From a virus (lineage: Duplodnaviria > Caudoviricetes), in the IMG/VR virus record IMGVR_UViG_3300035182_001152: 64,000 nt of DNA; one strand, written 5' to 3'. The position numbers were made by a program, and so were the translations under genes. A model generated the notes under the pieces. It had not been told where the DNA came from. It saw only the letters and a program-made list of their open reading frames with translations, and ran no database searches. Shown here one piece after another: positions 27,410 to 37,751 of the stretch (position 1 is the stretch's first letter; each line of letters begins with the position of its first letter).

Positions 27410-30400
27410 TCAGTCGTCGAAAAGACCCCCAACCTCAAGCACGCGAATACCGTGCAGGGCGATCCAGGACGTCTTCAGTAGTTCCTTGTATTTAGCGCGA
27501 GTGGATAGGGCGTCAGATAACGCTTCGAACCAAATTGCGTTGACGTGCAAGGCGTTGAACGTTGTGTAAATCGTATCCATCGCTACTGCAATATTCGCAG
27601 GAGTATCAAACGAATGTGTCGCGAAGAAAGCATCGATATCCGTTGGAGAGAAGTCATTCAGCGGATTGGTCAAGTACGCAAGTACTGTCGCAAGGCCAAG
27701 CTGTTTATCAACGAATGCTTGATCAATTCCAAGACCGAAGCGAGTGTCCGTGCCTAGTGCAGCATCGTACAGCTCGCGCTCAAGCGAAGGTACGCGGATA
27801 GACGAATCGGTTAGCTTGTAGCCGATTAGAGATTCAACCAAACGATCCCACAGAACACGAGCAATCGTGCTCGTTTGATCACGACGGAACATCAACCACT
27901 CCTGGTGCTTGTTCTTCAGATTCATCTGCTTGCCGTTGGCAGCAGGATCATCGCGAAGAGCCCAGTCGCGGGTGAAACGAACGAAGTAACGGTTGTCGTC
28001 GTTGATGTAGCTTGCAACCTTACGAATGATTGCTTCACGATACAGCACCGGCACTTGGTAGTCCGCCTCTGTCAGAATGCCGAGACTAAAGATTGATCCG
28101 TACTCAATCATGCCATAACCGTACTTCTCCATCAGGTATGGGTCGTCCTTAGGACGCTGAACGATGAAGTAAGGAGTTGGAATTGCAACCAGCTGCTGTG
28201 CTACCTCGAATGCTGATAGGCTGCTCGAATCCGTTACGTCACGTGTGGTCGACCCTTCTACCCAGAAGTAGTAGTTTGTCACTGTTGTGGCACCAGTATT
28301 AGCACCACCATACGTGAACGTCGTTGTTGAGTATTCGTAATCAGACTTCCACTGGATCATCTGCGTGCCGTCGTCAACCACGTCTGGGTTAAACGCAGCT
28401 TCAGCAGTCGTGATTGTGTGGACTGGACGGATAATGTCAATAATGTCGTACTCATTCAGCACAACCGGGTTAGCAGCTGTGACGTAGAACTGTGAACCAT
28501 CCTGCGTAATTGGCAGGCCGGTCTCAACGAGCACACCGTTGACATACACATCAACTGTGTCAGCACCAGTACCCGTCAGCACCCAAGCACTTGGATTGGA
28601 CGGTGTCCAAACGTAACGTTGCAGACCCGTTGCCGTCGACACATTATACGGCCACGTAATCGTAGCAGTGACACTTGCCGTTGCACGCAAAGAAGCAACC
28701 ATGAGAGGTGCTAGAACACGGTCGCGCAACATCGACTGGGAGACCCAATCAGTAGCAACGAAGCCTGGAACAACCATAACGCTGGCGCCGGCTGTGGTAA
28801 TTACCACAGGTTCCTCAGTCGATGGGTCCAGTAACGTGAACGTTGTTCCAGTATTAGCAACAACATACGGTACACCTGAGTCAATTCCAACAGGTAGGGT
28901 AGCTGCAGTGAACAACACACGATCACCTTGTGTGAACGATACTGACGTTGTGACTTCGTTAGTGGTGGTGTTAATCGTTGCAGCGTGTGACGTACGTACA
29001 CGCTTGAACACGTTCTTACGAGGTGTTCCGGTTGCTTTGTTGTTCTGAGCGATCAACGAGTTTGTCGATTGAGATGTAACCAGTGCGTCCCACTGGGATG
29101 GTGGCACTGAAGACTTGACCCACTCATACACCTTAACGTCAGCCCACGGTGCCAGCTTACCCCAGTTGTACAGGCGTGCGTTGACGTCTGGGAACACCTT
29201 GTCATCGTAGTATGGCAGATAGCCAAGTGCAGCCGTATCTAGCCACACCGTGCCGACTTCTTGTTGGTTCCAGAAGTTCAGCGATGCGTTTGTTGGGTTT
29301 GCAGTGAATTCGTAGCGAGCTGGGTCACCAGCGTGCTGCAGATCAACGTTGTGGATTGCAACGTGTGAATGACTGCCGCGTGCCGGATCCCAAATCGGAA
29401 TCTGCTGAACTACTGTATTCGCAACGTTGTCAATCAATTTAGCCGGGCTTAGCTTTGTCTTGGCGGGGTTTAATGCGAAGATTATCAGCACGTCTTGGAA
29501 GCCGAGCTTGTTGAAGCGAATGATCTCAGAGTCAACCTTCGTCACTTCCTTAACACCCGACCCAGCGTCATAGAACTCCGTCACGTAGTTACCGAAGTCT
29601 TCCGTCGTCACGAAGCCGAGCGGCGCGGTTGTTGAAGGTACAGACACAACAGTGATTGTTGTGTTTGTGCCATCGTACACGACAGCTGTTGGGTAGTACG
29701 AACCATTGTTCGAATCAGATTGTGTGATTGCAAAGGGGACACCCACTTGCACGTTGTTGGTTTCGTTGCCTGCAAGCACGATGGTTGTACTTGTAGCGCT
29801 GACGATCGGCGTATCCGTCTTCGCTAGAATGCGGTGCAACACGCGGACATCGTCACAAGGCTGATCCAACTTGAAATACACACAGTCAGTCGCAGCCAAG
29901 CCGTCAACTAGCACCGGTTGAACCGTAACTCGCGCTGATTGATCAACCGTCCACAGCCCCGTAGTTGAATTATAACCAAACAACTGGTTCGTTGTTGGGT
30001 TGAACCAGAACGTAATCGTCCTTTCAGCGCCAGGAGGGGGTGGGTTTACACCAGAGTGAATCAGCGTCATTGAAGAGACGCTTGCATCCAGGAACAGTGG
30101 TGAACCAATTTCCGCCTTTTGCTCTGGGAAGTTGTTCCAACGTGTTCCGTCGTTCCACGAAACAGGCTGGAAGCCCTTGTTGACGGCAGCAACAACGTCG
30201 TCATCCGTTGGTAGTTCAGACGTAGCCAAGAACTCCAGACGGACGTCGTCCAGCGCACCGTCCGTTGAAAACATGTTGATCTCTGGATACACACGTGGGC
30301 GGGAGTCGCCATATTCAGCAATCTTGTACGCCCAGAATTCATCCATCTGCGCGTCGATGAAGCGACGAGAGTTGATGTATGCCTTGACGCTGTTGACGGA

Positions 30401-33400
30401 GCCCTTTGTTTGAATCATGCCACGGTAGAACAAAAACTGTGACTTGCTGTTAATGTTCAAGAAGTCAAGGAAGGACGACTTGCCCGTGTATCCTAGTAGG
30501 GCGCGGGACCGGCGTGCGAACTCTGATGTTTCAGACAGCTCCATCGTATCGTAGAAGTTGCGGATATCTCCCGTGGAACCTTCAATGTTACGATTGAATT
30601 GTTGATCGAGCAGGTAGTATCCACCCAACGTTGGACGAAGGGTGTAGTCAGCCTTCTCAAAGTAATCAACGTCGAACTTCTGCGACTGCAACCCGAGGAA
30701 CGGATCGTAAATCAGTGAGCCATCAACGGTGTAATCATTGAAGATCAAGAAGTGTTCGTAGCCTTCCACGAACAAGTGAGCGCCACCAACGTGGATGTAG
30801 TTGTATGGATCATCCACGTAGATCGGATCTACGTCATTCGTAATCGCAGGACGGATAGCAATTTGGCTCCGCTTGTCTTGACGGTACACAGTAATTTTAT
30901 CGGCGTTCAACGGACGGGCATATTGGTCATAGATCGTCTGTTGGATGCGAATATCACTGTATGGACCTTCAATCACATTCGACAGCACGCCAAGCGGTGT
31001 GTCAATCCAAGCACCGTTCCGCTGTGGGTTCATTTCAAAACGTGGGTATGCGCGATTCTTGTTGTACAGACCGACCATCACCTGACCGGATCCCGCAGTC
31101 GACAGCGTAACAAACGACGATGAGTCGTTTGGATTGGCACTAATTGACAAGCGGAACACACCCGTTGACACATTGACAATGTAGTATGGAGTGTTGCCGA
31201 TCAGTGGTGCAGGTAAGTCGCCTGACGACGACACAGTCACAACCGTACCGCTCAACCACTGAGGAACAGCGGCGCCGAACGTCAACAGGCTGGTCGTTGG
31301 GTTAGCTGTGACGGGGAACGTGTCGGAGATTGTGATTCGCGATTGACGCAGACCATACGCCCAGTTAATGAACCGCTCCGTCTCAACTGACCAGTCAGCG
31401 ATGCGGCCGGTTTCAGGATCGAAGTCGCGAGCATCCGCAACACCTTGGAGAATTCCCTGGTCAGCCTGGTACGCAGCATAGCCATCAAACAAGTTGATCA
31501 GCGATTGCATACCCAACACCGTGTATGGTGGTGAGAATTTCTGAACGTCTGTCCGATCGACAACGTAGTGGAACCACAGATCCTGTGTATTGCCATTGCC
31601 ACCGTACACATAGAACGACGTATCAACCTGAGAGATCGTCAAGTTGCCTTCACCCGCAGACGTTAGATCGATTGCATTACCGAGGATTGCGTCGTTTGGT
31701 GTTGCGGCGAGCTTGAACGTGTTACCTGTGATGCGGATCACGTAGTATGGCGTGTTGGGCAGTAGTGGTGCTGGTAGGAACTTCGCGGAACCAATCACCA
31801 CCATATCGCCTGTTTGCCAAGGCAGAGACTTAGCAACGTTAACAGTACCATCGGCAGCAGACGTAGCAATCGCCTGCTGCACGTTAATGCGGGTTCGGTT
31901 CGTCGTAGTTTCAAACACGGACGATGTCACGGTATACGTGCCGTTGTTGGTCGATGAACCAACAACGGTCAATGTTGAACCTGCTGTGAACGTTGACGTG
32001 TAGTCGCCACTGATACCGAACTGACGAGCTGCAGCGTTAGCAACAACGATTGGGTAGCGGAATGCTGTGCCAACGTCAGTCGTTGGATCTGCTGTAAATT
32101 GGTACGAACGAATGCCGTAATACGAAATTTCGCGCGCAACTGCGGCGAGTGAATCAACCTCCATCTTCCACTGTGCTTGGTTGTTGTACTGCACCAGCGG
32201 AGGTGGAATGTTCAGTAGGGTGACTTCGAAGCCATCCAGCCACATATCACGAATCACGCCGTTGTTAGCCAGTGTGATTTGGTAATCTTGGTTGATCACG
32301 TCGAAGTACTTGTTTGCGATCTCAAACGTGCTTGTATCGACAATGCCACCAAATTGGTAGGTCAGACGCGGGCTCCAACCAGCCCACATCTCGCGGAACT
32401 GGGTATTGGTGTCAAAACCGCTGAAACGGTTGAAGTTAACGTACCATTGGTTAATACCACGGACAAGGTATACCTTGTCCGTGTCATACACGTCACCGTG
32501 GAACAGCGTATCAACGTGGCTGTACACTTGCTTAAACGTTGTCTCTACCTGCAATCCATCAACAACCGTGTAGCGTGGGCCAAAAGCGGCGTGCAAGAAC
32601 CGTGCTGGCTGCATCAGGAATGCAATTACAGGCTGATCATATGGGTGCTGCCCCGATACTGTCCACGACCACTCCACCGGACCAACATCGCCAAATGCAT
32701 AGTCAGCGTCAGGAGCGACGATTTCAACACCGTAGTTGTTGAAAATCGAGCGGACTGTAGGATTTGCCAACGCAAGTGATGCATTGTCGTAGTATGGTGG
32801 TAGTAGGGCATCTGGGGCGTAGCCGCCTGGGATACCACCATCAGAGATGTTGACGGAGAAGTAAGCATAGTGTGGCAGGGCTTGTCCATCGGTCACTGGG
32901 TTACCTGTGCTGATAGCACCGTTGGGATACGTGCGGCCAGCAGGTACAATGCCAAGACGGACGTTCTGCCACATACCCGTCGTCGTTGAGTGAACGTACT
33001 TCCACTTACGTGCACCAGTGGTGTCAAGGTACTCATCATCCCACCACGTTGGCTTATCGTGGTAGCCCTGCAGCTTCCACGGCTCCAGGTTAGGATATGG
33101 TGTGCCGTACCAACGTGTGTACACTTCTTGCCAAGAAGAGGCAAAAGCTGGAGTGATGTCATTACGAGGACCGAGCACAGGCGTGCTTGCAGCGTAATTC
33201 CACGTGAATGCGTTTGTAGCCGTGTAGGCTGTATTCACGTACGGTGAAGACTGTTCTGATGCAGCAAGGAACGCCGTAAAGCGTGAGCGGCTGAGATTGT
33301 TGTAGGTGGTTTGCTCACTCTGCGTTGGCGTTAGCGTGCTGTAATCAAACACGGATGCCGATACAGGCGTGACTTCGTACAGACGCGTTTCAACCTCCAG

Positions 33401-36400
33401 CTGCACTGCACCCAACAGTTCCGCAAAATTGACAGTTGTCCACAGAGGGCTAATGTCACCAGAACCCGGCGTAGTCACAGCAACCCACGTGAAGCTCGAC
33501 TTCTTGTAGGTTGCTTGTGTTGTGAAATTGTAGTACATCGTACCGTCAGCAATTTCAGCTCCCGAAGCATCGTAGAACGAAGGCGCGACGCCGTTGATCG
33601 CATATGGGCTGAATCGCTGTAGCTTGCGTACACCACCACTGACACGGTACCAGTACACGCCTGTGCGCAGGCTGCCAAATGCTGCAATGGCATTCGCTGT
33701 TGTTGGTGCTGCGGCTGTGCTAACTACACCAAACTTGCCATTGCTAACGCGCGAATCAGTGATACCACAGATGATTCGCGACAGTTTGTCAGCTTCGGCA
33801 GCGCTGTAGTAGATCTGGGAACGGTGACCATCGTGGTGGAACAGACGAACGTCGCCGTTGTCGTTTGTCAAGTGTGGGCGATACAGTGTAGCTAGGCCTA
33901 ACATCGGAGCTGTAGCGATCCAATTTTGGATGCCCTTGCCCGTAGTTGGATCGTATGCCACAGTATCTCCATACGTCTGAGCTTCAAAATCATTGGTTTC
34001 GTACTCAGAGATCACCGATTCGCTCAAGAATGCGCCAAAGTCTAGTAAGGACTCAGGAGTATACGTTGCGAACGTTGTCGTGATCGTCTTGTTGAAGATG
34101 TCACGAATTGACAACAGACCGGAAGCGTATTCACGAGCGGCGAATTCTATTACGCCCACTGGGGTGACATTCGTCACGTTAACGGCTGAGATCAGCGTAT
34201 CAAAGCCGTCGTTGTGTTCCTTAATTGTACCACCAACGCCGTAACCGACGTCGTTTTGTGTCAGAGTATATGCTCCACCACCCAGCAAGCCAGGGATTGC
34301 TGTTTGACCTGATAGGATCGAACGGAAGTGTGTCAGGATCTGTGAGAACTTAACAATCTGCTTATTTTCGTGCTCTGGGTTGTACTGCCATTGATCCAAC
34401 ACTTCCCAATCACCAAGCTCGCTACCAACCGTAACGGGGTTGCGTGATGCATCAACGTATGAAGGAACGTATTGTTGATTCGTAAGACCGTGCTTCCACA
34501 CCGTTTGTAGAGTTGGGTCCGTGTCGTTGATTACCAGATCAGACACGGGCACCCATGCACTTGCGTTGCGTTGATACAACACATTGTTCGTCGTGTCCAT
34601 CCAGAATGAATGTTCAACATTCAATAGGGATGCAGGTGGCAATGCTGAGATAACAGGACGGCGGAACGCAATGCCAGCACCAACCGTTACAGGGATGTTC
34701 TGTGTCCAAGCCTTACCGTCCCAGTACTGTACGGTGTTCAGCAGAGGGCTATACCAGAAGCTCTGTGGAGTAAACGTGTTACGGTAGCCGTAAATCACAT
34801 TGTCGTCCCGATCCAGGAGGTACTGCTGAAATTCGTATTCCTTACCATCCGTAGAGGCAACGATGCGGCGGCCAACGGCTGGGTTGACAGACGAAGAAGA
34901 CGATTCATTAAAAGCAAACAAAGGATTAGCAGCGATCACATCTGACGTGACGACATCGTACACGTTGAATTGTGGGTATTGGTTGATCAACGTCTTTGTT
35001 TGCTCTAACTTGTGATATTTTGTCAGCGACAGGTACGCAGGTTGTGTACCTGCAACCGTAGCTAACGTGAATGCCGTCTCATCTTCAATAGTACGAACAG
35101 GAATGGCGTACATACCTGCATCAGCCTGTGCGGCAGGGCCAACTTCGAGGCGTACGATGTCGAATTGTGCCAGAGGCGTCTGGAACACGATTGACTGAAC
35201 GTATGGAATTGTTTGTGTCGTCTGTCGTGTTGTACCAACCACAGTATATGAAGGGACACCCACACCAACAATTTCGGTGTAGTTCGCGTATTGGCGAATG
35301 CCGTTTACGTACACGCGTAGTTCGTTGCTGCCAGGAGTTGCGTACAGCTGCGACGTTGCCAGGTTGTAACGGAATTGATCAACAAGATCAATCTGTGTTA
35401 CGCCGGTAATGTCGATATTCTGTTCTTGGAAGGCATTACCAATTTGGATCGAGGTTGTTTGTGGAACAAACGTCAATCCGTTGTCAGCATGAACTGGCAG
35501 GGAGCTAACAGCAACCAGAGGAGGGGGGTTGACCAAATCTTGTGTGAGGAAGTAATTCCAGCTACAGTTTCGTGACGGTACGCCAACCGTGGACGTTTGA
35601 TCCAGTACCCAGTGAACGTGGTAACCACGCCAGATGTCTCCTGCAGCCGTCAGCAAAGGTTCAATGCGAGCATACTCTAGGCCGCCACCTGAAGGTGTTG
35701 ACGTGAATGTTGATTCTGCGAGCGCAACTACCGTACACAGGTAGCCGAGACCGACGGCGGTTTGCACTAGCGACGGATCGCTAATCGTAACTTGACGATA
35801 TTCAGACGCAGCGACGGTGTAAACTGCTGAAGCAAGGGTGTCGTCGGTGAAACGGAACTTGAAGCCAGGAACAAACGTTTGCGAGTAGTCGGTGTCACGG
35901 TTGACGGTTGCCGTTTGTTGGAAGAGGTACAACGTCCAGACACCACCAATGTTGGTGACGTAGTAGCCCTTAATTGGCTCTAGTTCAAATCGTGATGGCA
36001 CAACCGTCGCTGAGGCGAACGCTGCATCAACGGTTGAGCGATACTTCCACGCATACGTGAAACTTGTCCACTCGTTTTGTTCAATCGTGCTGTTGTACTC
36101 AATGATTGGGACTTGAGCACGCTTGACGTCGGAAAAGGACTGAACTTGTGATTTGTGAATCCAGGCGTTTTGAGAAGACCACTGATTCAACACCTGCGGT
36201 GTGCAACCTGCAGATGTGTCCCATTCAATCCCCTCACCAGCATCCCATTGACCAATGTCCCAACCGTACGTTCCGTTGCAGACGCAGTTTGCTTCCGCTT
36301 GGTATTCGTTCAGCTGTTGGGTTAGGTCGATGTTTACAGCAATCGCTTGGACGGTTGCAACCCACGCGGTGCCTGACCACGATTTGAGGATTGAAGCTGT

Positions 36401-37192
36401 AGTATCGTACCACCACTGGCCAAGGAACGGTACGGCTGGTGGTGTAGATCCTGCTGACGCGATCGATTCAACGACGGCGACGGTCGTCTTGTTTGTGGTA
36501 GAATCGTACGTAGAACTTGCCACAACCCAGCGCTTGTTGGCAACGTTGACGTCAACGTTGCCATCTGTGTAGAACGCAAATCCAGCAATGAACAGGTCAT
36601 CCTGCTTCGACGAGATCACGAACGTGTCTGTCGCATAGCCAATTGCTTGCACGGGGAAAGTGCCGCCACGCAGGGCGATCATGTTTGCGTATGATTGAGC
36701 CTTGCTTTGAGCCTTATTGCAACGATTTTCAATCGTGAAGTACTGGGCGGGATCGCGGGCATTTTCTGGCTTCCAGAAGTAATCCTGGTAGTTAATCAGC
36801 ATGTCCATGTTCACTGGAGGTGCCCAGTTGAACTGAAGAGTATTGGCCCACAAAGGCAAACGATTGATGTCAACACCCATCAGCGCTAGCTGCTCTTGGA
36901 ATGCCTTATAGGACAGAGCATTCTCAACAGTACCAACCGTTGAGAACATCGTTGGTGCTAGTTGAAACGCTTGACGGTGGGGGGTTGATTCCTTGATCTG
37001 ACGATCAACGAGGGCTTGTGGATTGCCTTGACCGATGAAGCCCGCAACACGTGCAGTGTCGTCCTTCGTCAGGTGACGATTGAACGCAACATCAAACATG
37101 CTCTTGTTGACTTCAGAGCGGTATACCTCTGGGAGGTAGTTGTTGATGTTATTGAAGGGGATCGTGTGATCTGAGTTTGTTGCCACGGGCAT
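27410..37192 (-). CDS. giant baseplate wedge protein (gp7-like position)
   Basis: Uninterrupted 3260-aa ORF downstream of gp6; N-terminal YLPEVYR; repeated beta modules. Confidence 0.8.
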   Translation of the reverse strand: MPVATNSDHTIPFNNINNYLPEVYRSEVNKSMFDVAFNRHLTKDDTARVAGFIGQGNPQALVDRQIKESTPHRQAFQLAPTMFSTVGTVENALSYKAFQEQLALMGVDINRLPLWANTLQFNWAPPVNMDMLINYQDYFWKPENARDPAQYFTIENRCNKAQSKAQSYANMIALRGGTFPVQAIGYATDTFVISSKQDDLFIAGFAFYTDGNVDVNVANKRWVVASSTYDSTTNKTTVAVVESIASAGSTPPAVPFLGQWWYDTTASILKSWSGTAWVATVQAIAVNIDLTQQLNEYQAEANCVCNGTYGWDIGQWDAGEGIEWDTSAGCTPQVLNQWSSQNAWIHKSQVQSFSDVKRAQVPIIEYNSTIEQNEWTSFTYAWKYRSTVDAAFASATVVPSRFELEPIKGYYVTNIGGVWTLYLFQQTATVNRDTDYSQTFVPGFKFRFTDDTLASAVYTVAASEYRQVTISDPSLVQTAVGLGYLCTVVALAESTFTSTPSGGGLEYARIEPLLTAAGDIWRGYHVHWVLDQTSTVGVPSRNCSWNYFLTQDLVNPPPLVAVSSLPVHADNGLTFVPQTTSIQIGNAFQEQNIDITGVTQIDLVDQFRYNLATSQLYATPGSNELRVYVNGIRQYANYTEIVGVGVPSYTVVGTTRQTTQTIPYVQSIVFQTPLAQFDIVRLEVGPAAQADAGMYAIPVRTIEDETAFTLATVAGTQPAYLSLTKYHKLEQTKTLINQYPQFNVYDVVTSDVIAANPLFAFNESSSSSVNPAVGRRIVASTDGKEYEFQQYLLDRDDNVIYGYRNTFTPQSFWYSPLLNTVQYWDGKAWTQNIPVTVGAGIAFRRPVISALPPASLLNVEHSFWMDTTNNVLYQRNASAWVPVSDLVINDTDPTLQTVWKHGLTNQQYVPSYVDASRNPVTVGSELGDWEVLDQWQYNPEHENKQIVKFSQILTHFRSILSGQTAIPGLLGGGAYTLTQNDVGYGVGGTIKEHNDGFDTLISAVNVTNVTPVGVIEFAAREYASGLLSIRDIFNKTITTTFATYTPESLLDFGAFLSESVISEYETNDFEAQTYGDTVAYDPTTGKGIQNWIATAPMLGLATLYRPHLTNDNGDVRLFHHDGHRSQIYYSAAEADKLSRIICGITDSRVSNGKFGVVSTAAAPTTANAIAAFGSLRTGVYWYRVSGGVRKLQRFSPYAINGVAPSFYDASGAEIADGTMYYNFTTQATYKKSSFTWVAVTTPGSGDISPLWTTVNFAELLGAVQLEVETRLYEVTPVSASVFDYSTLTPTQSEQTTYNNLSRSRFTAFLAASEQSSPYVNTAYTATNAFTWNYAASTPVLGPRNDITPAFASSWQEVYTRWYGTPYPNLEPWKLQGYHDKPTWWDDEYLDTTGARKWKYVHSTTTGMWQNVRLGIVPAGRTYPNGAISTGNPVTDGQALPHYAYFSVNISDGGIPGGYAPDALLPPYYDNASLALANPTVRSIFNNYGVEIVAPDADYAFGDVGPVEWSWTVSGQHPYDQPVIAFLMQPARFLHAAFGPRYTVVDGLQVETTFKQVYSHVDTLFHGDVYDTDKVYLVRGINQWYVNFNRFSGFDTNTQFREMWAGWSPRLTYQFGGIVDTSTFEIANKYFDVINQDYQITLANNGVIRDMWLDGFEVTLLNIPPPLVQYNNQAQWKMEVDSLAAVAREISYYGIRSYQFTADPTTDVGTAFRYPIVVANAAARQFGISGDYTSTFTAGSTLTVVGSSTNNGTYTVTSSVFETTTNRTRINVQQAIATSAADGTVNVAKSLPWQTGDMVVIGSAKFLPAPLLPNTPYYVIRITGNTFKLAATPNDAILGNAIDLTSAGEGNLTISQVDTSFYVYGGNGNTQDLWFHYVVDRTDVQKFSPPYTVLGMQSLINLFDGYAAYQADQGILQGVADARDFDPETGRIADWSVETERFINWAYGLRQSRITISDTFPVTANPTTSLLTFGAAVPQWLSGTVVTVSSSGDLPAPLIGNTPYYIVNVSTGVFRLSISANPNDSSSFVTLSTAGSGQVMVGLYNKNRAYPRFEMNPQRNGAWIDTPLGVLSNVIEGPYSDIRIQQTIYDQYARPLNADKITVYRQDKRSQIAIRPAITNDVDPIYVDDPYNYIHVGGAHLFVEGYEHFLIFNDYTVDGSLIYDPFLGLQSQKFDVDYFEKADYTLRPTLGGYYLLDQQFNRNIEGSTGDIRNFYDTMELSETSEFARRSRALLGYTGKSSFLDFLNINSKSQFLFYRGMIQTKGSVNSVKAYINSRRFIDAQMDEFWAYKIAEYGDSRPRVYPEINMFSTDGALDDVRLEFLATSELPTDDDVVAAVNKGFQPVSWNDGTRWNNFPEQKAEIGSPLFLDASVSSMTLIHSGVNPPPPGAERTITFWFNPTTNQLFGYNSTTGLWTVDQSARVTVQPVLVDGLAATDCVYFKLDQPCDDVRVLHRILAKTDTPIVSATSTTIVLAGNETNNVQVGVPFAITQSDSNNGSYYPTAVVYDGTNTTITVVSVPSTTAPLGFVTTEDFGNYVTEFYDAGSGVKEVTKVDSEIIRFNKLGFQDVLIIFALNPAKTKLSPAKLIDNVANTVVQQIPIWDPARGSHSHVAIHNVDLQHAGDPARYEFTANPTNASLNFWNQQEVGTVWLDTAALGYLPYYDDKVFPDVNARLYNWGKLAPWADVKVYEWVKSSVPPSQWDALVTSQSTNSLIAQNNKATGTPRKNVFKRVRTSHAATINTTTNEVTTSVSFTQGDRVLFTAATLPVGIDSGVPYVVANTGTTFTLLDPSTEEPVVITTAGASVMVVPGFVATDWVSQSMLRDRVLAPLMVASLRATASVTATITWPYNVSTATGLQRYVWTPSNPSAWVLTGTGADTVDVYVNGVLVETGLPITQDGSQFYVTAANPVVLNEYDIIDIIRPVHTITTAEAAFNPDVVDDGTQMIQWKSDYEYSTTTFTYGGANTGATTVTNYYFWVEGSTTRDVTDSSSLSAFEVAQQLVAIPTPYFIVQRPKDDPYLMEKYGYGMIEYGSIFSLGILTEADYQVPVLYREAIIRKVASYINDDNRYFVRFTRDWALRDDPAANGKQMNLKNKHQEWLMFRRDQTSTIARVLWDRLVESLIGYKLTDSSIRVPSLERELYDAALGTDTRFGLGIDQAFVDKQLGLATVLAYLTNPLNDFSPTDIDAFFATHSFDTPANIAVAMDTIYTTFNALHVNAIWFEALSDALSTRAKYKELLKTSWIALHGIRVLEVGGLFDD

Positions 37193-37206
37193 ACCTCTTG
37201 TTATAC

Positions 37207-37698
37207 TTATACAGCCAGATATTGGATTGCGTTCGCTAGTGTAGTGGTGCTGTCTACAGCAAACCCGAGCATTTTGTTACAGCGCGTACATAATAACCCT
37301 CGAACTCTACCAGACGTGTGACAGTGATCAACTGTGAGAGAAGTGCGTGTTCGTCCTCCTACTGTCAATCCAACCAAGCAAATTTTGCACAATCCTTTCT
37401 GTACGTTAAGCATCGCTTCAATTTGCTCTGGTGATAACCCATACTTACGTTGCAGCGTGCTACGTTTGATCTTATCCAAGTTTTTGCGAGCATACTGACG
37501 ACGGCTCTCACGTCCTGTTGGGGTGTTGGATCCACCTGGATTGCTGTCTTGGTGCAACTTCACATAGAGGCGGTTGCAGCATACACATGCCGCAGACGAC
37601 GTTAACCGTTCACATAGGTGTCCATGTTTACATGGCTTACCCGTCCAGTAATATGTGTGTCCACCCACACGAGCATTGTGACGTGACATAATTATCAT
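37207..37698 (-). mobile_element. free-standing endonuclease VII-family (His-Me finger) homing endonuclease
   Basis: QKGLCKIC...VDHCHTSGRVRGLLCTRCNKMLG...AIQYL; start uncertain (37707, 37698 or 37689). Confidence 0.85.
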
Positions 37699-37719
37699 GT
37701 GATCCATGATAATTATTTA
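37688..37719 (-). promoter_or_regulatory. late promoter overlapping a 12-bp AUG-sequestering hairpin
   Basis: ATAATTATCATG (37688-37699) / CATGATAATTAT (37705-37716); TATTTA at 37714-37719. Confidence 0.8.
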
Positions 37720-37751
37720 TGAAGAGGTATGCTCGGTTTAACCCGGGTTGT

